Positions 57,530 through 64,000 of a DNA stretch of 64,000 nt are shown here, one piece after another. Origin of the DNA: a virus (Duplodnaviria; Heunggongvirae; Uroviricota; Caudoviricetes); the IMG/VR virus record IMGVR_UViG_3300048574_000421. The stretch is one strand, 5' to 3'. The position numbers were made by a program, and so were the translations under genes. The number at the start of each line of letters is the position of its first letter. Position 1 is the first letter of the stretch. The notes below the pieces were generated by a model. That model was not told the DNA's origin and made no database searches. It saw only the letters and a list, made by a program, of their open reading frames with translations.

Positions 57530-59089
57530 CTATTTTTTATTTGGTAGAATGATATTTCTAAACATTGAAGTAACTTTAGGTAACGAAGAATCTACTTCGC
57601 TTTTTCCTGCAAGAACAACATTATACAAAGTATGACCTGGTTTTTCTGGATTTATAGGCTCTACTTTAGGTACTTCAATTGTTAACATAACTGGCTCATC
57701 TTGAAGTGATTCACTTTCAGCTACAAAATACACGTCATATGTTCCGTTAGTTAAATTTATAGCACTCAAACTCATTTCGACATTTTCTAGAAGAGCTACA
57801 CTGCCTGAATATCCATGTGGAACTAATTGTCCTAAACCATTCATTCCTGCTTTCACTTGAACAGAAGAAGGAGCTGTAGAACTATTAGATACAACAACAA
57901 AATATGCAATACCTTCCATGTTTATCTTGACAAAGAAATTAGCATTAGTGTAACGTACTATAGAAACTTTAGGATATGTTAAAACCCAATCAGGTGCTGT
58001 AACAGGAACAGGTGTAACAAAAGGTATTGGTCCATAAACGTTATCTTGTAATAAATCTGCTTTAGCTACACAATAAATGTCATATTGCGAACCATTAGGA
58101 GTTAAACCTGTCATAGTAAAGTTATTTGACACATTTGCTATAAAACTTTGGTGACCATTTATAGCAGTTTGTCCTGAACTGTTTGTTCCTGCTTCAACTT
58201 GAGAAGGAGAAGGAGCTGTATCGCCTCTAGGTAGCACAACAGCATAAACTGAACCATTTACGTCAATTGTTGCATCTATTCTAACAGAGTTAGTAGATAT
58301 AGCTGTTGCTGATGGATTAACAACCCAAATTGGAACAATTGGTATATAAGGCATATACCCTGTACCAATATTATTTCTTGAATTGCCCCACAAATCTGTT
58401 TCATATCCTGTATATGCTGGAGAACCAAAACCAGGCTTAGGTGGAGTAGTTATCCCAGCAAATATAACACTTGTGTCAAACAGTTCTTTTGCATCATTCC
58501 AATTTGGAAGACTTGATGGCGTAAAGTTCGTCTGGCAATTTTGATAAGTAAAACTTGGGTTTGTAGCACGAAGAGTACAATTTTTAAATGTGACATTTAA
58601 AGATGACGTGTTTGTTATTGTCGCGCTCGAAATTACACAGTCTTGAAAAAGACCTCCATTTATGTCTTGTACAACCAAACCTAAAGAAGAGTCATTATAA
58701 ATATGAAAAGTACATCCCATAAAATTTGCTTTAGTACGACAATTAATTTGCCAAGTTCTAAAATAACAATTATATGCTGCACTCACATTTTTAAAGTACA
58801 AAGGGTTTGCACCTGGGTCTATTATACAGCCACTTACAACAGGACACGTATCAAACTCGACACCAACATTTCCCATTCTCCAAGGTCCATTTTCAACAGC
58901 ATTCCAAACTAAAAAACTGTTATTTTTTAAAATAATATCACCTGATGTTTTAGACCCTGTCATATAGAAAGTATGACCTGTCGGGTTAGTATTAAGAAAA
59001 GTTTTCAAATCATCAAACGAATACGGATCCAAATCTGATCCTGCATGTCCATTTGTACCTAAACTAAGATTTACATAATAAGTTGCCAT
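57530..59089 (-). CDS. Virion accessory protein: one beta-helix module and two Ig/FN3-like modules (paralog of 54302-57403)
   Basis: YYVNL...WNAVENGPWR...YETDLWGNSRNNIG; APSPSQVEAG and APSSVQVKAG domains; similar C-terminal tail. Confidence 0.8.
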   Translation of the reverse strand: MATYYVNLSLGTNGHAGSDLDPYSFDDLKTFLNTNPTGHTFYMTGSKTSGDIILKNNSFLVWNAVENGPWRMGNVGVEFDTCPVVSGCIIDPGANPLYFKNVSAAYNCYFRTWQINCRTKANFMGCTFHIYNDSSLGLVVQDINGGLFQDCVISSATITNTSSLNVTFKNCTLRATNPSFTYQNCQTNFTPSSLPNWNDAKELFDTSVIFAGITTPPKPGFGSPAYTGYETDLWGNSRNNIGTGYMPYIPIVPIWVVNPSATAISTNSVRIDATIDVNGSVYAVVLPRGDTAPSPSQVEAGTNSSGQTAINGHQSFIANVSNNFTMTGLTPNGSQYDIYCVAKADLLQDNVYGPIPFVTPVPVTAPDWVLTYPKVSIVRYTNANFFVKINMEGIAYFVVVSNSSTAPSSVQVKAGMNGLGQLVPHGYSGSVALLENVEMSLSAINLTNGTYDVYFVAESESLQDEPVMLTIEVPKVEPINPEKPGHTLYNVVLAGKSEVDSSLPKVTSMFRNIILPNKK

Positions 59090-59101
59090 AAAAACTCCTT
59101 T

Positions 59102-61861
59102 TTAGTATTCTATGTTTTCAAATGTTATACTTCTACCTTTAACAACATGATCGACATTTACATTTTGATGTGAAACAAAATCTTCACTTGTCCTAAGCTC
59201 TTCTCTTTCTTTAGGACTGTCAATTGTAGCAACATTAGGACCACCATGAAGAACATGTTTACTACTCTTATCAATACCAGGTTGTGATCTTTGATCAGGT
59301 AAAACTACTTTAAATTTATGTCGAACATCAGTACCATCAAGCACTTCAACAACAAAATGTTGTTGTACTCTTACGCCGCCTGGTCCCTCAACTGGCGTCA
59401 ATGGACCAACTAAACACCTATCACCATTTCTTCGAATTATCATATCTCTTTGATTTACTATTGGTGTTGGTCCCATCCAAGTTTCTATCTGATATGCTAA
59501 TTTCAACCCTCTATCAGTTTGTTGAACTCTTTGTTCTGTCATTAAAGGTCCAATAGTGATCGGGAACGGTCCATCAAATCCACCAACAAATCCAGAACCA
59601 AAACATGTTTCACAATCTTGATCAGGTTGTTTATGTGTTCTTTCTTTCAAATCTCTATAAGTACAATGACATTTTACACCAGCTTTTTTCTTAATATAAA
59701 GTAAGACTCTCTCTCCACCCTGATCAAGCAACCAAGCATTTCTACGTACAGCTTCTTCAAACATGTACGTCATTTTATCAGGTGTCATAGTCACAGGAGA
59801 TATCAAATCTAAATCAGTCTCGTCCTCGCCCGTCACACAAGTAACTTTGTAGTAATAATTCTTCCTTAGTCTTAAATTAGTTGTATGCGTTGGTACTCTA
59901 TAAGACACTAGTACAGTTGAAAACTCATTTGGCACAGGAGGCGTAAAATGTATTTTCTTAACTTCGTCGTAAACTTTCTCTGTCTCTAACTGTACAACAC
60001 CTTCTAATCCTTGTAACAAACGAACATAAGCTTGTTGACCATCTATTGTCACATTAACAAACTTTGAATCATCAGTTGGTTTATTTTTACCTGAATCATC
60101 AACGACAGGACGTTGACTAAGATAAATAAGATATTCTTTTCTAGGATTTAAAGGTTGAATTAAAATTGGATAACCTGATTCAACAACAAACTCAGAAAAC
60201 TTTATCTCTACTTGTTTATCTTCAGACTTCCCAGAAAACTCAACATTAACATCGTCAGAGTAATTATTAAAAGTACCTAACATTACAAAATCATTTGTCA
60301 AATGATTGAAAAAATATGTTGTCACAACATCGCTCTGTCTTAAAATCCTAAACTCTCCTGAAGTAATAGGAGATGGCATTGTTAAAGGCATGTCAGGATT
60401 TCCATTGACTGTTTGCTGAGTACAATAGACATCAATATTGTGAGACATACTTCTTGAAATCTCAATACTATTTTTATCGTCTTTCTTAATCACAAATCTG
60501 CAAGATTGTATACCATTAGTTGGCGGTATCCAAACAAACAAATCAAATTTAACTCTAATATCAAAATCACCTCGCATTTTAAATTTTGAAGTAAGTCTTG
60601 ATGTTTCTTTTAAACCTGTATTATCTTTAAAAATTACGCCATCATATTTAAACATTAACTGACCAGGATCAGACTCTTCCCATTTTGAAGAATCAAACTC
60701 TCCTGAACCCTCAAAATCATCATTAACATCTCTGCTAATATTAACAATACGTCTAAATTGTTCACTTACATCTTCATTAACAACTTGAGTATCTAGATTT
60801 TTGTCAGTGTATTGAGTAATTGCAATAACTTCTGAATTTAACTTTTGAAAAGGTCCTATTTCAACATCGCTTCTATAAACGTTATAACCAATAACTTGAT
60901 TAAAAATTGGATACATATCATCCCAACGAATGTACAACTCATCTTGATTAAAAGGACAAGTAACAAAAACATTTGTTGGTATATAATTATTTCTTGATAT
61001 CTCTACATTATAAACTTCTGTATGAATTGCTTCAGTATTACCAATTTCATCTACAGCAAAAAACTTTATTGTTGTTACATAATTGTCGCGAACATTTATT
61101 GGTGCAGTATATATAGAAGAGTTTGTTGTTGGTGTTGATCCATTTGTTGTATAATAAATTTTAGAACGAGGATCATCAACAGAAAGAACAACTTGTTGTG
61201 AAGTAAAAAAAGAACCACCAGATGGTGTAGCTTTAGAAACGGGAACAGTTGAATCTATTGTATAATTTTCAGTCAACTGTTCTGAAATTGCATTTGGAAG
61301 TAAACCGATGCTTCTTAAAACTGTTGTTCCTTGTGAACTTATAGAAATTGGACTTGAATATATTGTAGAATATAAAGTAGGTTCAGTTCCGTCTGTTGTG
61401 TATCTAATTTCAGTCAACAAACTATCAGAAGAAAGATTTACAGTAACTGCAGAATTAAAAATCTTACCATGAGGAGAAACTACAACTAAAGGTTTCGAAA
61501 TAGAAGGATCTTGTGCTGTAAGAAAAACATAGTCATCCTCACTCAACTCACCACGTAAGTCTTCAATCTGTATATGAATATCTACTGTTTGACAAAAACT
61601 AAAAGGTGCTAACTGATATATAATAACGCTTATTGAATTTGGTACTTGATTTTCTTGTGTTATTACACCTTCAAATCCTGTTTGAAAAACTCCATTTACA
61701 ATAGCAGAAACACTTAAGATAGAAACATTCAATGTGTTAACATTTACACCATGTATATCTTGTGCTCTAAAAAATACAGGTACGCACGAATAAGGTGCAT
61801 TAAGTTTTGCACCTATTGCACCCTTAATTGGACTATGATTTACAAAAGTTGGTTTAGACAT
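59102..61861 (-). CDS. Head closure/neck protein (Zn-finger type) fused to Ig-like, chitobiase-C-like, FN3 and lectin-like domains
   Basis: Two YTT(D/N)GxxPT..S.IY..PI repeats; FN3 (LYIRWDD...GYNVYRSD); C-terminal WLLDQGGERVLLY...CHC...CETCFGSGFVGGF; follows the adaptor gene. Confidence 0.7.
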   Translation of the reverse strand: MSKPTFVNHSPIKGAIGAKLNAPYSCVPVFFRAQDIHGVNVNTLNVSILSVSAIVNGVFQTGFEGVITQENQVPNSISVIIYQLAPFSFCQTVDIHIQIEDLRGELSEDDYVFLTAQDPSISKPLVVVSPHGKIFNSAVTVNLSSDSLLTEIRYTTDGTEPTLYSTIYSSPISISSQGTTVLRSIGLLPNAISEQLTENYTIDSTVPVSKATPSGGSFFTSQQVVLSVDDPRSKIYYTTNGSTPTTNSSIYTAPINVRDNYVTTIKFFAVDEIGNTEAIHTEVYNVEISRNNYIPTNVFVTCPFNQDELYIRWDDMYPIFNQVIGYNVYRSDVEIGPFQKLNSEVIAITQYTDKNLDTQVVNEDVSEQFRRIVNISRDVNDDFEGSGEFDSSKWEESDPGQLMFKYDGVIFKDNTGLKETSRLTSKFKMRGDFDIRVKFDLFVWIPPTNGIQSCRFVIKKDDKNSIEISRSMSHNIDVYCTQQTVNGNPDMPLTMPSPITSGEFRILRQSDVVTTYFFNHLTNDFVMLGTFNNYSDDVNVEFSGKSEDKQVEIKFSEFVVESGYPILIQPLNPRKEYLIYLSQRPVVDDSGKNKPTDDSKFVNVTIDGQQAYVRLLQGLEGVVQLETEKVYDEVKKIHFTPPVPNEFSTVLVSYRVPTHTTNLRLRKNYYYKVTCVTGEDETDLDLISPVTMTPDKMTYMFEEAVRRNAWLLDQGGERVLLYIKKKAGVKCHCTYRDLKERTHKQPDQDCETCFGSGFVGGFDGPFPITIGPLMTEQRVQQTDRGLKLAYQIETWMGPTPIVNQRDMIIRRNGDRCLVGPLTPVEGPGGVRVQQHFVVEVLDGTDVRHKFKVVLPDQRSQPGIDKSSKHVLHGGPNVATIDSPKEREELRTSEDFVSHQNVNVDHVVKGRSITFENIEY

Positions 61862-61979
61862 TGTCTTTTTCTGTTTTCTTTATTTCTTTAGCTAAATTCT
61901 TGATTTTGTCTTTATTTCTATCGACAAGTTTTTTTTCAATAAGTTTTTTAATTTCTAACCAATCTATTTCTTTTGTCAT
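61854..61979 (-). CDS. 41-aa ORF, probable C-terminal fragment of the HAD phosphatase (missing from the ORF track)
   Basis: MTKEIDWLEIKKLIEKKLVDRNKDKIKNLAKEIKKTEKDNV; ATGA overlap with the GIY-YIG stop; DWxxI helix typical of the end of BT0820-like HADs. Confidence 0.6.
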   Translation of the reverse strand: MTKEIDWLEIKKLIEKKLVDRNKDKIKNLAKEIKKTEKDNV

Positions 61980-62803
61980 GCACAAACCATTTGTTTATGT
62001 TTTCTACCTTTTAACCAGCCTAAGTTAATATAGAATTCTAAATCACAGGGTAAAATTGGTTTTTCTATAGTTTCTTTATTTATCCAAATTTTACCAGTGA
62101 AAGCACCCTTTTTACCGAACATCGGATTTTTCTCACCCGAATGATCATGTTTTCCTATATTTGCTTGTGAAAGTTTTATTTTATGATCTTCAGATTGAGG
62201 GCCTAAAGGTTTACCCTTTTTGTTTTGACTCATTTTTATTTTTGCTTGTTTTGTATGTTCGCATATTGTTTTCCAAGGTGTCCATGTTTTTGAAATATTA
62301 TTTCTTAATTGTTTTGCTTTTTCGATGCCAAAATATTCTTCAAACGTCTTACCTCTAATATAGTTGTTTTTGAGTTTTGCATCTCTTATTTTTTTCTTAG
62401 CTTGCTCTGTATGCTTGCATCCAAAAAAGAAACTTCTTGTTTGTGTCGAAGTATTATACAAATTTTCTTTATTTATTTTCTCTATACATTCTTGTTCAGC
62501 TTTTTCTAAAATCTGTCTCATAGTAGTTTTTGAATACTTTGTTTTAGATTTGTTCTCATGATACTCAAATTCTTGTAAAACTTCTACACTAAAACTTTCT
62601 ATTCCATAACAATTAAAAGCATTTTGTAAATGTCTATTATGATGTCTATTACTTTTTAAGTCATTTACATGTTGCGTAAATCTAACTCTAAAATTTTGAG
62701 TCGAGCCTATATAGATTTTACCAGAAACACGACACTTTATTTGATAAACGCAATAACATGTGTTTATTTTGTTAAAATCTTGCAATAAACATTGTGTTGT
62801 CAT
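61976..62803 (-). mobile_element. GIY-YIG homing endonuclease with NUMOD3-like repeats (likely start ATG 62803)
   Basis: CVYQIKCRVSGKIYIGST...RFTQH...L....H.N..LQ.AFN.YG...F...E...N; KHTEQAKKKI, HTKQAKIKMS, SEDHKIKLS repeats. Confidence 0.92.
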
Positions 62804-62804
62804 T

Positions 62805-63107
62805 TCAATATCCCATTGCATGATCATCAATTAGAAGATCATAATAAATTTTTTGTGATGTTTGAAAACTTATCCAAGGTGCATTCTTATTTACAGCATC
62901 ATAAGGAATTTTTTGTTTGTCTAAAAAATCTATTGCTTGTTTCAACATTTTTCCACTTCTACAAGTCCAAATTATTATGTAACAACCTTTATCACGAGCC
63001 CAGTCTAAAACTGTTTTTACATTGGGCATTAGACTTCTTGGAACATAATCATCTTCTGTTTTTACAATTGTTCCGTCAAAATCTACAGCAAGAATGTATT
63101 GTTTCAT
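62805..63107 (-). CDS. HAD-superfamily phosphatase (BT0820-like), N-terminal part
   Basis: AVDFDGT motif I, WTCR motif II, KIYYDLLIDD motifs III/IV; ends 5 residues after DD. Confidence 0.85.
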   Translation of the reverse strand: MKQYILAVDFDGTIVKTEDDYVPRSLMPNVKTVLDWARDKGCYIIIWTCRSGKMLKQAIDFLDKQKIPYDAVNKNAPWISFQTSQKIYYDLLIDDHAMGY

Positions 63108-63370
63108 ATTTTCACAAACTCTTTAATAAGACTTTCAGTCTTGAAACTTAATTTTTTGTTTCGATCAATCTTCTTTAAAACTTCTGTTATATAATCTATT
63201 TTTCCATCGTACAAGTCATCAATATCTTTAAGAAGTTTTTCGTATTTAGATATAAACTCGATCTGATAACTTTCTGGGTTAAGCAAACTCACTTTATCAG
63301 TAAGTTCAAGAAATTGTTTTTTTTGCTTAGCAGAAAGAGAGTCAGCAATCTCCATTATACTTATTTTCAT
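63104..63370 (-). CDS. Hypothetical helical protein (88 aa)
   Basis: ORF track; ATGA-coupled on both sides. Confidence 0.7.
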   Translation of the reverse strand: MKISIMEIADSLSAKQKKQFLELTDKVSLLNPESYQIEFISKYEKLLKDIDDLYDGKIDYITEVLKKIDRNKKLSFKTESLIKEFVKI

Positions 63371-64000
63371 GATCCAAATCCTTTACTTGAAGAAGTTCCA
63401 AAACCAAGTGCCCATTTTTTTACACTCATACGTCCAGATGTCCATGGGCCAAAAAAACCACCGTATGACATAGTGTACTTACTCTGTCTTAAACCTATAG
63501 TGTAATGTAGTCTTCTTTTTGCTTCAGTCATTTGCGAATCTACTTGCGATTGCAAAGTAGATGCAACACTCATGTACTTATCACTTCTTACAATATCTAA
63601 TGAATAACCATTGAGATTATACGTAAACTCTTCGTTAATCCACAAAATAGCTAAATCATAAAGAGCATAAGACATAGCTTGTAAAAGTAACAAAGGTTGC
63701 CATGGTGCAGGAACAGAAACAAGATCAAAACTTGTATCAGGTGGAATCAAATTCAAATAATTACATGCTTGAACTAAATGCATATACAAAGAATCATCAG
63801 TCCAACGATAACCACGAGTTCTTGTAAATCCAGCGATAGTTCCTTCTTTTTCAGGACTAGCAAAATGATAATCTCGATCAGGATTTATATCTCTCAACTT
63901 ATTTCTAAGATGCATAATCAAATACATTATCTCTGGAGGATAAACAAAAACAGTACCCGAGCATAATGGAATAATTTGAAACTCTTCAACATCATCTCTA
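63367..64000 (-). CDS. Head-tail adaptor/neck protein (5' end lies beyond the window)
   Basis: Frame stays open from 63927 to the window edge (RDDVEEFQIIPLCSG...). LRNKLRD...WTDDSL...QAxNYLN...LLLxAMxYAL helical adaptor pattern. Confidence 0.65.
   Translation of the reverse strand, partial: RDDVEEFQIIPLCSGTVFVYPPEIMYLIMHLRNKLRDINPDRDYHFASPEKEGTIAGFTRTRGYRWTDDSLYMHLVQACNYLNLIPPDTSFDLVSVPAPWQPLLLLQAMSYALYDLAILWINEEFTYNLNGYSLDIVRSDKYMSVASTLQSQVDSQMTEAKRRLHYTIGLRQSKYTMSYGGFFGPWTSGRMSVKKWALGFGTSSSKGFGS

Noticed and set aside
61976-62804. Group I intron around the GIY-YIG ORF
   Set aside because: The ORF fills the whole gap between the HAD fragments; no room for, or sign of, a catalytic core.
705-63966. 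Plus-strand ORFs in the track (e.g. 705-1118, 10432-11103, 20288-20704, 50258-50719) and short alternative-frame minus ORFs (37474-37656, 55975-56184, 33318-33530)
   Set aside because: All overlap long, well-supported minus-strand genes and show no motifs; they are antisense or frame shadows.
1-64000. CRISPR arrays, tRNA/rRNA genes, inteins, stop-codon reassignment
   Set aside because: No regularly spaced repeats, cloverleafs or intein motifs seen. Genes are long and tightly packed under the standard code with TAA, TAG and TGA stops.

Overview
AT-rich 64-kb segment of a large, probably jumbo, contractile-tailed (myovirus-like) phage. All credible genes are on the minus strand and form one virion morphogenesis module. 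In transcription order (right to left): head-tail adaptor, HAD phosphatase split by a GIY-YIG endonuclease, head-closure fusion protein, two beta-helix repeat proteins, an 8-gene glycosyltransferase/methyltransferase/kinase cluster, gp10-like protein, Vsr-like endonuclease, actin-family ATPase, tail terminator, tail fibre, sheath, tube, chaperones, tape measure, two tube-initiator paralogs, hub, spike, PD-(D/E)XK endonuclease, giant beta-sandwich proteins, gp25-like and baseplate J proteins, and a propeller/PKD protein that runs off the window. Most notable: (1) two intergenic copies of a ~52-nt RNA motif with a covarying pseudoknot and a consensus kink-turn, which I cannot assign to a known family; (2) a probable virion-glycosylation cluster with a methyltransferase+kinase set resembling a chain-capping module, inserted in the neck operon; (3) an actin homolog resembling volactin inside the structural operon; (4) a recurrent candidate late promoter TTTCTA-N4-TTTTAT; (5) endonuclease insertions that split or re-end host genes. 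No tRNA, rRNA, CRISPR array or integrase was seen. All family assignments come from motif recognition by eye; no database searches were run.
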